In this document: positions 1 to 12,762 of the stretch, one piece after another | Layout: each line of letters opens with the position of its first letter | How positions within the stretch are numbered: the stretch's first letter is position 1 | Source: Azolla caroliniana | Lineage: Eukaryota; Plantae; Polypodiophyta | NCBI GenBank assembly: GCA_043228905.1 | Contig: JBHGNT010000009.1 | Span: 16,926,001 to 16,990,000 of the forward strand | Direction of reading: 5' to 3' | Length of the DNA stretch: 64,000 nt | The notes under the pieces: model-generated | The model's database searches: none | Told to the model about the DNA's origin: nothing | What the model saw: only the letters and a program-made list of their open reading frames with translations | Position numbers and translations under genes: made by a program

Positions 1-519
1 GTAAACCGTTGTCCTTATGGCTTCAGCCTAGTAAAACTTCGGCATATGCTTCTCTTCAAGCATTTCCTTGGCGGCTTCTTCGATTGTGCGATTCATCCGC
101 TCGGCTATGCCGTTCTGCTTCGACGTATATCTATAGGAGAATTTGCGTTGAATTCCCTCATTCTGTAGATAACTCGTGAACTGGTTGGAGAAGTACTCCT
201 TCGTGCCACCGGACTGTAGGCACCTGATCTTACGTCCAATTTCTCTTTCCGCAAGGCTCTTCACCTTCAGGAACCACGTGAAGACTTCACTCTTTTGCGC
301 GATCAAGCACGCCCAGGTATGTCGAGTGAAGTCATCGATGAAGGTTACGAAGTAACGGCTTCCACTGAGACTCACGTTCTGTGCCGGTCCCCACACATCT
401 GAATGGATCAAATGCAGCGGATTTCAACTACGATTACGCTCATTGGGGAATGGAAGTCGGTGTTGCTGCCCGAGTTGGCAGGCTTCACAGACTTGGCCAT
501 TACGGCCCTGAAATTTTGG
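1..519 (-). pseudogene. Ty1/Copia integrase core fragment (outermost host; continues at 15258-15379)
   Basis: ORF 28-411 reads IHSDVWGP...FIDDFTR...QNGIAERMNRTI. The upstream zinc finger CEACQLGQ rejoins LWHKRSGHINF at 15258-15340 once the 520-15252 insertion is removed. Confidence 0.92.
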
Positions 520-814
520 TGTTGAGAATCAAGCTCAACTTGGTCTAGTGTGTGAACTCACCTTGAGAGTGAAGAGACACCTCAATGGTCAAGAGTCACC
601 ATTATGTCACCACTTTGTATTCTAGCATTTAGTATGAGTCATAGAATCATATTCTATGACACATAACTTATGAGCTTTCACATTCCCCATGCTCCATGAG
701 CCTTGTAGTTAATGAAGAGAGAGGGTGAGTACATAAAGCACTCTCCTCCCACCTTGTATAATGTTGAGTCTTTCTCCTTTGTCAATATACTTTTACCTTG
801 CGTATTCTTTGTGT
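520..814 (+). repeat. LTR A1 (5' 295 bp of the Copia A LTR, ending at the LINE junction)
   Basis: Near-identical to 1035-1329 and 12990-13284. Confidence 0.93.
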
Positions 815-1034
815 GCATTGCAACATGGTATGCCGTACGATTGGACTACAAATTGGATCAAACCTTTACATAAAGGTGGAGATATAAATAATGTAAACAA
901 CAACCTTTACATAAAGGTGGAGCACGGATCCCGTAACTCCGCAGAAACGCGAGTCGACGCGGACTCCGGAACGCAAGTCGAAGCGTATTTTTGGATACCG
1001 TCTGAAACCGACCCGAGTTGAGCCTGAGGGGGCG
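815..1034 (+). other. Chimeric junction: 87-bp LINE fragment, 21-bp templated duplication, then Copia 3' UTR and PPT
   Basis: 815-901 matches 13285-13371. 902-922 repeats 861-881. 918-1034 matches 12873-12989. TGGAG microhomology at the join. Confidence 0.9.
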
Positions 1035-1416
1035 TGTTGAGAATCAAGCTCAACTTGGTCTAGTGTGTGAACTCACCTTGAGAGTGAATAGACACTCCAA
1101 TGGTCAAGAGTCACCATTAAGTCACCACTTTGTATTCTAGCATTTAGTATGAGTCATAGAATCATATTCTATGACACATAACTTATGAGCTTTCACATTC
1201 CCCATGCTCCATGAGCCTTGTAGTTAATGAAGAGAGAGGGTGAGTACATAAAGCACTCTCCTCCCACCTTGTATAATGTTGAGTCTTTCTCCTTTGTCAA
1301 TATACTTTTACCTTGCGTATTCTCTGTGTTTTCACACACACACACACTCTCTCTTACACACACACATAACTCACATCTCTTCCGCTCCACAAGAATCCAT
1401 CTCTTAATTCTTTACA
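1035..1416 (+). repeat. LTR A2 (complete, 382 bp, no LINE)
   Basis: TGTTGAG...TTTACA, preceded by PPT GAGGGGGCG and followed by a PBS. Confidence 0.95.
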
Positions 1417-1428
1417 TGGTATCAGAGC
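1417..1428 (+). promoter_or_regulatory. Primer binding site (tRNA-iMet)
   Basis: TGGTATCAGAGC directly after the LTR. Confidence 0.95.
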
Positions 1429-1575
1429 GATTTGGTAGCTCGATCTAGCCCATTCGCCTCATCGTGATCGTGTGTTGTGCTCTACGCCGACGACCAAGAA
1501 CCGGCTCATAGCTATCGTAGCTTCGCTACATAGCTCGCATTCGAAGAGAGAAGAAGAAGAAGAAGAATCGAAATA

Positions 1576-3661
1576 ATGAATACTCAAATGGGGAGCGCTC
1601 TCCCTACCGAGAAGTTGGATCGAAACAACTTCGCATCTTGGGATTACAAGATGCACCAATACCTTGTTGGACAAGGCTATTGGAGCTACATCAAAGGAGC
1701 GCATGAAGACCGACCCACCGAAGCGGCTCCCGGATACGCGACATGGGAGCAAGCCGAAAGCCGCGTGATGTATTGTTTGGCGACATGTGTTCATGACCAC
1801 ATGCTCGGTTACATTCGAGAAGCCAAGACGCCGAAGGAAGCGCGGGAAAATCTACGAAAGATTTTCGCTGCCAACACAACTGCGAGGAAGCTTCAACTCC
1901 ACCAAGAGTTGAACAACATTCAACAAAGGGACATGTCTATCACAACATACACCTTGAAGATCAAGGATCTTTGAGACTCGCTCAGCTCAATAAGCGTAAG
2001 TATAGATGATGATGAAATGGTGCAAATATGCCTTAGCGGCCTCGCACCACGATTCGGCGCGATGCGAACCGCCGTTCTAGCACGGGAGAAATCTCCCTCC
2101 TTCTTCGAGATCCAATCAATGCTATTGGTCGAAGAAAACACGTGCGTACAAGGAGCAATGAGTCGGAAGGTCACATGCTCTACACGCACTCTAATAGAGG
2201 AAGAGGATGCGGACGAGCGAGAGGCCGATTCGGCCAAGGACAAGGCGGACGAGGTCCGACCTACGACAACAACTCCCAATTTCGGCCTCAAAATGGAGGC
2301 CAATGAGGAACCTTCACAAGAAGGGGGAACTTCCACTCCGGCCCGAGCCGTCAAAATGCAATCGAATGCGGATATTGCGGAAAGCTTGACCACCACGAAG
2401 AAGAGTGCCGAAAGAAGATGCGTGAATCGGCTTCCACAAGCCGACAACTCACGAATTACGCACACAACTCCGACTACGAAGATCGTGGCGAAATGTACGA
2501 GCACAACTCCGACTCCGAAGATCGTGGCAGAATGTATGCGCACAACTCCGACCGTGGCGGAATGTTCATGATGAAACATAGAGCAAATTCTATGTCGGCC
2601 GCTACCTCAACTAGTGCCTCCGGTCCGGAAGACGTATGGTTCGTCGATTCCGGTGCCTCGAACCATATGACATCGCATCAAGAATGGTTCCGAGAACTTC
2701 GAGAGTCGGACTGACCCGGCTATGTCGAAACCGGAGATGACACTACGCACCCGATTCGGCACATTGGCAATGTTTCGTTCGGAAAAGAAAGTAAGCAAAT
2801 TTACATTAAAAATGTCTTGCATGTACCGACCATTACGAAGAATTTGGTCTCCGTTGGCCAAATTGTAGAGCAAGGGATGCAAGTTCAATTTAATCAAGGC
2901 GGTTGCTTCATCGAAAAAGAGGGTTGACTCATCGCACGCGGACGAAGAGAGGGCCGGATATTCATTCTCGATTCACGCAAGATGAAATCCGCCATGTTCG
3001 CGAAAAACATGAAAGCCGACTTCGACATAGAGCTTTGGCACAAGCGAAGCGGCCACATCAATCTCAACAAACTCAAAGCAATGAAATCGAAAGGAGTCGT
3101 CATCGGACTCCCGACATTCAAAGAGAAGGAGATTGAAGGTGTATGCCAAGCGTGACAATTCGGCAAGCAACACCGACACCCATTCCCGAAAGAGCGGAAC
3201 GTGAACAAAGGTCTACTCGACGTAGTCCATTCCGACGTATGGGGACCGGCGCAAACGGCTACATTCGGCGGATGCCGATATTACGTGCTCTTCATCGACG
3301 ACTTCTCTAGGCACACTTGGATCTACCCGATGCGGCAAAAGAGCGAAGTGTTCGGACACTTCCAAAATTTCAAGAATGAAGTCGAGAAAGCCACGGGCCG
3401 ACATGTACGTTGTCTTCGATCGGATGGCGGCAAGGAGTACTTCTCGGACGATTTCACGGCGTATCTCCGAAAAGAAGGAATTCGGCGAGAATTCACTTGT
3501 CGATACACTCCGCAACAAAACGGAGTAGCCGAGCGCAAAAATCGGCACATCCTCGAAGTAGCGTGGGCCATGATGAACGAGAAGCATATGCCCAAGTCAT
3601 ATTGGGCCGAAGCTGCAAATACGGTCGTTTACCTAATGAACCGGTGCACAACATCCGGCGT
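1576..3661 (+). pseudogene. Copia A gag-protease-integrase (stops and frameshifts), cut by element B
   Basis: KLDRNNFASW gag start, WFVDSGASNHMT protease, LWHKRSGH, and VHSDVWGP...QQNGVAERKNR. Confidence 0.93.
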
Positions 3662-4161
3662 TGTCGGGGTAGTTGTGGTTCGTGCGGCGAAGTCGCAGGG
3701 ACGAAGGTTAAGGGGAGTTGAAGGAACTTAAATTTGAATAAGGCTTGTATGGTGATGTTAGAAAGGTTAAGAGTAGCAAGAAGAAGAGTTACGAGTAATG
3801 TGTGTGTGAGAGAGAGATGAGAATAGATAGAAGATAGAGACAATATATGATTCAAGAAGCAAGATAGAGACAAAATATGATTTAATAAGGAAGATTGAGA
3901 CAAAGTATGAATCAAGGAACAAGAGTATATGATATAAACATTCAATGTATATTAAAAGTATAATATTTTACCAACTTTACAATCCATGATCGCAAACTGA
4001 ACACATTCTCTATCGACCCTTGATTTCTTGATTTGAACACATGACCTCAACTTCGAAACGAGAGGTTCTCCACCCAATGAGCTAGTCTTCTTTACTTGAT
4101 TGTATTATTTTCTCACTCTCTCCTGATTGATTCCCCCTTTTGTTTTCGTGAAGCACATTCT

Positions 4162-5430
4162 TCACGACACCCACCCCCTTTGAACTTGCACATTGGTTGT
4201 GTAGAGTTCATCCAACACTTCTTCCGATTCTTTTAGTTCTTCTACTTCTTCATAAAATTCAGGCTCTAATGACTCCCTCCTTTTAAATATTTTAATCCTT
4301 TTTCCTGCAATTGGGATACGAATTTCTGTCCCATCTAATTCATTGAGGAAATATGTGGCTTTATCTGTTATTTTCCTAACTTCATAAGGTCCAAACCATC
4401 TTTTTGCAAACTTCCGAATAGTACTGTATTGATTATCTAGGCTATTATCATATACTAATACCCAATCTCCCTCTTGCACCTTCCTTGGTCGTATTCTTTT
4501 CATCTTGTCAAATCTGTCCTTATTCTTGATTCTTGCCTCTTTCAATCTAGTAGCTGCGTTTTCTATGTCTTCTGTCCTTGATTGAAGTTGTCGTATTCGA
4601 ACCGCAAGTAAATCTTCCCTACTCATTTCCGATTCCCAAGGCAACACAACCCATGTAATTATCTTTTCTTCAATTGGCATTATTGGCTTCTGTCCTGTGA
4701 TTAATTCTTCAGGCATATATCCAGTAACAGTGTTGTGAGTTGTCCTATCAGCCCATAGTGCATAGGGTAAGGTTTTTGGCCAATCATTGACCCGTCCTCT
4801 ACATGCCTTTGCCAAAGCTTTGACTATTGGCCCATGTCCCCTTTCTACCTTTCCATTAGCTTCTGGATTGTACGTCGTTGTCAAAGAAAGCCGAATTCCT
4901 ATTTTGTCGAAAAAATCTTGAGCTTCCGCAGAATTGAGTTCTCCCCTATCTGTCACTATCTTCCCGATACATCCATATCTACAAACAATGTCCTCCAAGA
5001 TGAATTGACATACTCCTAATGTCCCTTTTGTTCGCAATGAACGACCTTCCACTTGATTTGTTAGATCTTCTCTAGCAAGAACCAAGTATCTCTTTTGTCC
5101 TACTCCAAGTGGCATTGTTACCAAATCTATCCTCCACTTGTAATGCACCCCCGGTGAGTATGTTGGGTGTAATTCATCACAAAATTTTACGTTTGAATAA
5201 TATTGACAAGTGGGACAAGTTTCCACATACTTTTTTATTTGCTCATAGTATCGAGGCCACCAAAATCGTTCTTTAATCTTACTGAAAGTGGCCCACACTC
5301 CTCGATGACCAACCCATTCTTTGTCATGCAGCTCTCTGATTATCTCCTTTCTTTGCCCTTCAGAACCTATTACTCTTTGCGGGTTTCCTGTCTTGGTTTT
5401 CGGATGTCGCCATAGATATCCTTCATGCAA
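4162..5430 (-). CDS. Element B integrase (intact segment of a degraded pol)
   Basis: LHDKEWVGHRG...CPTCQ zinc finger, YNPEANGKVER core, KRWFGPY (GPY/F) motif. Confidence 0.88.
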   Translation of the reverse strand: MHEGYLWRHPKTKTGNPQRVIGSEGQRKEIIRELHDKEWVGHRGVWATFSKIKERFWWPRYYEQIKKYVETCPTCQYYSNVKFCDELHPTYSPGVHYKWRIDLVTMPLGVGQKRYLVLAREDLTNQVEGRSLRTKGTLGVCQFILEDIVCRYGCIGKIVTDRGELNSAEAQDFFDKIGIRLSLTTTYNPEANGKVERGHGPIVKALAKACRGRVNDWPKTLPYALWADRTTHNTVTGYMPEELITGQKPIMPIEEKIITWVVLPWESEMSREDLLAVRIRQLQSRTEDIENAATRLKEARIKNKDRFDKMKRIRPRKVQEGDWVLVYDNSLDNQYSTIRKFAKRWFGPYEVRKITDKATYFLNELDGTEIRIPIAGKRIKIFKRRESLEPEFYEEVEELKESEEVLDELYTTNVQVQRGWVS

Positions 5431-5523
5431 GAAGAACTTATGGGCTTTCTTGGAAAACTGTGTGAACTCTTTTCCAGATCGACCTTTGTACTTGTCAGGG
5501 GTTTGTAGGTATTTCCCTATTTC

Positions 5524-8500
5524 CTAGAATTCTTCTTCATACTCCTCTTCTAGAAACTGCATTCCTCCTTCCCGGGTAATGCTTGTGGTAAGGACTATTT
5601 GTTCTTTGTCCTCATCGTCCGAGTTTGGAATCTCCTCTTCCTCATACCTTGCTCTTGATAACATATCTGCTATTGCATTTCTATTCCTAGAGATATGTCG
5701 AACTTCAGGGTTGACTGATCTAATATCGATACACCATCTTAACATGGCTTGATCTGGAATATCACAATTAGCTATGATACCAAGAATAGGCAAACAATCT
5801 GTTTCTATTATTACTTCAGCACCAATTAAGTAATCTCTGTCTGTCTTTATTGTTGTTACTCTCCCCCATAGCTCTCTTTTCACCTGTGCATATTTTCTTT
5901 GTCGACCACTAAGAACCTTTGCTCCGAATCGGATTGGATACCTTTCTTCCCCATCTTGTTGGCTTATCACCCATCCAATTCCAATGGGACTAGAGTCTTG
6001 TGAGGTATATGGGTCGGGTGTAGTCAGGTTGCTTTAATGGTGGAGCTTGTGCTAAGTAGTACTTCAATTTCTTCATTGCCTCTGAATGCTCTTCACTCCA
6101 TTCAAATATCTCTCCTTTTCTTAGGAGTCTATATAAAGGTTCAGATAAATGGGCATAATGCGGAATCCATTTACAGTAAAAAACACATACCCCTAGAAAC
6201 CTTCGTACTTCTGAGACGGATGTACATTCCTCTTGCATATTTTGAATTGCATTGACCTTGGTTGGGGATGGCTTTCTCCCGTAATATCTCTTTTGCCCCA
6301 AATATTGACTTCACCCCTGATAAGGTCAAATGCACTTCTTCCATCCTTGATAGCACCTTCTCACAATCCTTGATATGATCAACAAAAAATTGACGGCAAC
6401 CACTTTCGTCCAATTCCTTGTTCTTCTCTTCTTCCTTGCATCCCTTAATTGGAACATCATCTAGAAAAGGCATTGTAATATGAGGAATAAAATCACGAAG
6501 TACCTTGTTCATTCCGTTCATCATATGTGCCACTGAGTTGGTCGCTCCTTGCAGCAAGGTGCACATCCGTACTAACCCTATAGGTGTCTTGATAGAAGTT
6601 ATATCTCGACTTTTGATAGCAAGTTGAAATTGATCATACCCGGAATAAAGGTCTCCCATTGAATATATAGCTCTTCCTGCAAACATCTCAGCAAACTCAT
6701 CCACAATTGGCCCTACTCCCGAGTTTCAGATTGTTACCTTATTCACGGGTTGCATATCTTGGATAAATTGGAGTCGCCCATCTTTCTTTAACACAGTGAA
6801 CCATCGACTCGAGTAAGGAGCGTTCGATGGTTCCAAGATACCCATCCTTATCTTTTCTTTCAAAAGTTCTAATAGTTGAGGGATTCTAGCCCTAGGCATG
6901 GGTATTGGCTTAAAGTTCCATGGAATATGAGGGATAGTGAATATAACCATGGGCTCCACAATTTCTGGATCCACACACCCTATTTCCTCTGGTTGGAATG
7001 CGAACGCCTTTCCATGCCTTTTCAACATCTCCCTCAATTGCTTTTCTTCAGCAGGTAATAGGAAGTCACCCCCTCCTATTTTCATCCCTTGTATTGTTTC
7101 CGGAGTAAACACATGTCCTACCTTTCGTGGGACTCTGATCATTGGCTCTATGGCAGCCTCTTTGATTGCCTCTTCACTATCCCCTGGAAGTGGAGCAGCA
7201 ATAGGACGAACCTTCTTCTCCACTGTCTTGTATTTTGTTAGTAGATGTGCTTCATGATCCTTTCGAGCAACTTCTTCAATGACCTCATACATTTTGATTG
7301 AATGGACAGGAACTTGGATTTCGTTGTCTTCTTCCATTGCTTCCAAATGAGTTATTGTATCTTCAAAACGCAATTCTTCAAACATATCCTGAATTTCTTC
7401 ATCATCCTCTATTAATCCAGAACACTTAAAGTACTCGAAAGCATTTTGCATTTTATTATTATTTACTTTTAGTATAAAAGTAGCACCATTAGATGAGTTT
7501 GTACAAGGAATATCTTTATTTACATTATTATTTATGGGTCTTTCTTTTATGTTCGGGCTATCACAACCCCTACCTGTAAAAGCCCTATCTAAAAATCCTG
7601 GGGAAACTCCTCATCCATCTCTTGAATTGGATGTTCCCTCAAGAATTCTTTGTTTCTTTCATGGTTGGGCCTCACGGTTAAGAATTGGACAGTCTTTCTT
7701 CCATCTTGACTCTTGATTCTCGCGAAAGCCGAACCATCATCAATAACCTTTGTTTCCATCCTCACTGCAATGATATAGGGCTGACCAAGGATGATGGGGT
7801 AGGTTGATCTATCCTGCACAAAGAAATTTTGATTCACTAACACATCACCAATTGTTACCGTCACACTAGGACATGCTCCAAATAGATCCTCCGTCATCTC
7901 TGTTGCAAATCTTTTCTTCGACCCATGATTCTTATCGATTGGCCACCTTCCTTGAGCATAAGATTCCGAAGACATCATGTTAATTTTTTATCCATGATCT
8001 ATCAAAGAAATATAAGGAATTTGTTGCTCCACAATTTTTGTAGGCGCCTTTGTTGTTGCTTGAGCCCAATGGCTCTTTGTATAATGACTCCTATCCCCTT
8101 CATGAATTGCAATATTATTTATCTTTTTTACACTTGCAACATTGATGGTGTCACGATCTAGATCTTGGAGTGTTGCTAAACACACTCTCGTAACTTCTTT
8201 CGTGACGTGTTTTAAATCTGTCATGTCTTCTATGTCTGAAGCAAGTTGGAAAGCTGTGTTTGTCTTCCCTTTTACTTTATCAGCTTCTTTCGACTTAGGA
8301 GCATCCTTTTCCATCTCTCTTCTCTCTTGTTCTTGTGTCTCATGCCTTTTTGCCAGATTAACCTCCTCAACTCTCTTTTGCTTCTCTTCCACTAGTACAT
8401 CTTGTGCATTCACTTGGGCGAATGCTGATAGTGCGTCTACTGGATCATTCCATCCAGTGAAGTGTCGTATTTCATCTCCCGCTCTTTTTAATTCATCCAC

Positions 8501-9556
8501 TCGAACCTTCCCTTTTCGTGCATACTCCATCACACCCTGTCAAAAGCCAGATCCACCATATGAGTCTTCTACGCGCAATCCTAAGGTTGCCACGGATTGT
8601 ATCACTTGAGTCGTTTCTCTCTCGGCATCTTCCATTAGCTTTTTCATTCCTCCACGCCCGAAGTTGAGTTGAAGTGGTTGTCGAGTCTCTGTCGAGTGAA
8701 TCTTGCCATCTTGATAGTAGATTTTATAATCTTTCTTCTGGTGGTCGATACTATCACACCACATACACCTTCGCACCATTCCACCTCCTTGCCTTGATGA
8801 AGTCGAGCTTTGTCCTGATTCTAGCTTCGTCACTTTGATCGACAAGTCTTTCATGCCTTTCACCAATTCGTGTAAGAGTGATTCTTCTACTTTCTTTTCT
8901 CCCGACTCATTCCCCGTTTCTTCATCATTTCTGTCGGGCAACTCCATAAACCATAACTTTCTTTTGCAGAAATGGGCGCACATCCTTTTCACCTCCTCCC
9001 AGTCTTCGGTAAGTCCACTTGGACTATTTTGATCTTCTAAAAGCATTCCCAAGTCCTTCCTGTCTTTAATATTAGTAGCTTGTACAAACAATATGACTTT
9101 ATCTGGCACTATTATATTTCTATCTCTAACATTTAGTTGCTCAAATATTTCAGAAAATTCTTTTAATTCTTCCAAAACACTTAAATGTTTATTAGACTCT
9201 ACCCAATCCATGAAGGCTCGCCTTGTCATCCTTGACATATCGTTGAGGTTGTATTCATTTAGCAATGCTCTTTCAAAAGTCACCCATGTCTGATGTTCCC
9301 TCTGTAGCTCCTGGATCCTTTCTTGTAGCCCAATCGCAATGACTCGACTAAAGCTATTAATTTTTGCAGCTTCGTCGACACCGCGTTTAAGCATTTCTTC
9401 ATGATAAATTTTCAGAAATCTTGTTAAATTTATACCTTCGAAGATTCCTACTCGTGCCAGAATATTGTCGACGACTTTGTCGATGCTTGCCATCATCCCT
9501 TGTTCCCGCATCACTTGTTCCATCATCCTACACATAAGCCTCATTTGCTCCTCCAT
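5524..9556 (-). pseudogene. Element B gag, protease, RT and RNase H (frameshifted)
   Basis: gag with a CMWCDSIDH knuckle, LIDHG protease, PFLDDVPI RT, IETDCLP RNase H. Confidence 0.9.
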
Positions 9557-10262
9557 TTCTCCTTGTCGCCGCTTTCACGTCCGGTTCACCAAATGTGTCG
9601 GGGTAGTTGTGGTTCGTGCGGTGAAGTTGCAGGGACGAAGGTTAAGGGGAGTTGAAGGAACTTAAATTTGAATAAGGCTTGTATGGTGATGTTAGAAAGG
9701 TTAAGAGTAGCAAGAAGAAGAGTTACGAGTAATGTGTGTGTGAGAGAGAGATGAGAATAGATAGAAGATAGAGACAATATATGATTCAAGAAGCAAGATA
9801 GAGACAAAATATGATTTAATAAGGAAGATTGAGACAAAGTATGAATCAAGGAACAAGAGTATATGATATAAACATTCAATGTATATTAAAAGTATAATAT
9901 TTTACCAACTTTACAATCCTTGATCGCAAGCTAAACACATTCTCTATCGACCCTTGATTTGAACCCACGACCTCAACTTCGAAATGAGAGGTTCTCCACC
10001 CAATGAGCTAGTCTTCTTTACTCGATTGTATTATTTTCTCACTCTCTCCTGATTGATTCCCCCTTTTGTTTTCCCTTTCCCCTCTTTATATAAGTGTTGC
10101 CATGCATATGGTAATGTATGGGAGCATGGCATGCAAGCAATGCATGAGTTACATGTAATGCATGATCGCCATTTGGCGCACATGCATTGCATGTGATGAA
10201 TGATGGCTATGTATGAAAATAGATATGGGATAAGTATAATGATGAAAATGCATTCTAAAATA

Positions 10263-10470
10263 ACTAACCTAGCTTAGTGGTGTATGCTTGGTGCTTGGTA
10301 TACAGGGTTGAGGGTTCAAGTCCCTCAATTTTACTTAATACAATATATAGCTTCATTCTTATATCATGAAGCACCATTTATTACACATTTTTACAAATAA
10401 ATAGCCTAGCCTAGTGGTATGTACATTGTACATCGTATATAAGGATGTGGGTTCAAGTCTCTCAAATATT
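10263..10470 (+). promoter_or_regulatory. Two tandem tRNA-like Pol III A/B-box cassettes in element B U3
   Basis: A boxes TAGCTTAGTGG (10270) and TAGCCTAGTGG (10407). B boxes GGTTCAAGTCC (10313) and GGTTCAAGTCT (10450). Spacing is tRNA-like. Confidence 0.7.
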
Positions 10471-10529
10471 ATTAAATACAACATTTAAGCTCATTTTTAT
10501 ATCGTGAAGCACATTCTTCACGACAGCGT

Positions 10530-12762
10530 GCACGAGGTCAATCCGCATGAAAAATACTTCGGAAAGAAGTTGGACTTATCGCACATCCGGATATTCGGCG
10601 CGATAGCGTATGTGCACATCCCCAACGAGAAGCGTCAAAAGCTTGACCGGAAGTCGAAGAAATGTATCCTCGTAGGATACTCACTCGAACAAAAGGGGTA
10701 CAAGTGCTACAACCCCTCCACTCGAAAATCTCGAGTAAGTCGAGACGTCGTTTTTGACGAGTCTGCATCCTGGTACGGACTAGGGACAACTTCGCCTCCG
10801 ACTCCGCTCGACCCGGAATCTGCCGAACAAGAGATCGAGGATGAAGATCGCCCTACACGCATGATTGAAGAAAGTCCGATCACGACCCGACTGAGCGGGC
10901 CACAAGAGCCTTTGAGCGATCAAAGCACATCACGGCCTAGCCCGAAGATGGACAAAGGCAAGGCGAAAATGGCGGAATACGAAGACGATCGCGTCGATGA
11001 CGATGAGTCAACTCACTCACTTGACAGTGAGTTCGGCGGCTTCGAGGTACCGATCGGAGCTAAGAAAGCCCTCATCTGTGCAAATGAAAAACTCCGCCGA
11101 TCCACCCGTGAAAAGAACCCCGTCAGCCGATTCGGCTACAACGATTATATAGCGTACCATTACGCCTTTATGATGAAGGTAGCGACAATACGGGAGCCGG
11201 AAACCTTTTCGGAAGCCGCGAAGGACCCGCGATGGATCGAAGCAATGAACGAGGAGATGCAGGCACTACGGAAGAACGAGACGTGGGATCTCGTTTCCAC
11301 CTCACCGCACAAAAAGGCGATCGGATGCAGATGGATCTACAAGGTGAAGTATAACGCTGATGGCTCCGTAAACCACTACAAAGCTCGACTCGTAGCGAAA
11401 TGATACGCTTAGACGCATGGCGTCGACTACGAAGAGACCTTTGCCCCGGTGGCAAAGATGACGACGGTGCGGACCGTAATTGCGTTTGCCGCGGCGAAAG
11501 GGTGGCACCTCCATCAACTGGACGTCAAGAACGCCTTTCTACAAGGCGAATTAGAAGAGGAGGTGTACATGATACAACCACCCGGCTTCAACTTAAGCAC
11601 CCATCCGAAAGCTATTTGCCGACTCAAGATGCCACTCTACGGCCTCAAGCAAGCACCGCGTGCTTGGCATTCGAAGATAACGCAATATCTTCATCAAATC
11701 GGCTTCTGTATGTTAAAATCAGACAACTCCCTCTACATACGAAGCGATTCCGCAAGTCCGATCGTCGTCATTTTATATGTGGAGGACGTAGGTAATGGAG
11801 GTGAGCATCTCGTCGAAATCAATAAAGTCAAATCCCTCCTTTCCGACAAGTTCGAGATGACGGACATGAAGGAGCTCCACTACTTCCTCGGCATCGAGGT
11901 AATTCGGACTCCAGCCAGAATCATGATCTCTCAACGGCACTACATCCTCAACTTGTTATACAAGTTCGGGATGGCTGAGTGCAAATCCGCGGCAACCCCG
12001 CTCGATCGCAACCTCAAACTAGATGCGAACTCCGGCACGAAAGCGTGTGAACCGACTTAGTATCGGCAACTCATCGGGAGCCTAATCTACCTCACTATCA
12101 CTCAACCCGATCTCAGTTATCTGGTCGGTCTCCTTAGCCAATTCATGCAAACACCATGTGATACTCACTTGGATTGCGCTAAGCAAGTTCTACGATACGT
12201 GAGCGGCACAATGGATTGCGACATCCTCTACAAGACCGTGATGCCAATACGTCTCCAGGGGTACACATACGCCAATTGGGCCGGCTACAAAGCTGATAGA
12301 AGATCAACCTCCAGATTTGTTTTCTTCCTCGGCAATGGAGCAATATCCTGGAGTAGCAAGAAGCAGCCTACCGTCGCTCTTTCGAGTACGGAGGCGGAAT
12401 ACAGGGGCGTAACCATAGCTGCGTGTGAAGCCGTATGGCTCAAGAGGATTTTGAAGGATCAAGGCGTACCCATCAAGGAACCGACCTCCCTTTATTGCGA
12501 CAACATGCGCAGTATCTATCTGGCTCGGAACCCGGTGTTCCATGCACGGACAAAGCACATTGAATTGCACTATCACTTCATCCGAGAGCGCGTTCTAGCT
12601 GGCGATGTCGACCTACAACACATTAGCACCAATCTTCAAACGGCCGACATCTTCACTAAAGCCTTAGGAGCTGACAAGCTATGGCAATTCATGACCGATC
12701 TCGGGTTGACGATCCCTGACTTGCCAAGCTTGAGGGGGAGTACTGAAGAGACTACACAATAA
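10530..12762 (+). pseudogene. Copia A integrase C-terminus, RT and RNase H
   Basis: GYKCYNP...SRDVVFDE, HQLDVKNAFLQG, LYGLKQAPRAW, VALSSTEAEY, FHARTKHIE. Confidence 0.94.

Larger units (their letters stand above)
3662..10525 (-). mobile_element. Ty3/Gypsy non-chromovirus element B (Phygy-like, tRNA-Trp primed)
   Basis: LTRs at 3662-4169 (internally deleted) and 9596-10525, with TGTCG...CGACA ends. 4-bp TSD GCGT at 3658-3661 and 10526-10529. PBS at 9574-9591. PPT next to 4170. Confidence 0.93.

Noticed and set aside
761-1021. 86-aa ORF
   Set aside because: Chance read-through across the LTR, LINE fragment and 3' UTR.
1920-2579. 219-aa minus-strand ORF and similar antisense ORFs over gag-pol regions
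   Set aside because: Antisense shadows of retrotransposon coding sequence.
10263-10335. LTR cassettes as functional tRNA genes
   Set aside because: Acceptor and anticodon stems do not pair; only the promoter boxes and sometimes the T arm remain.
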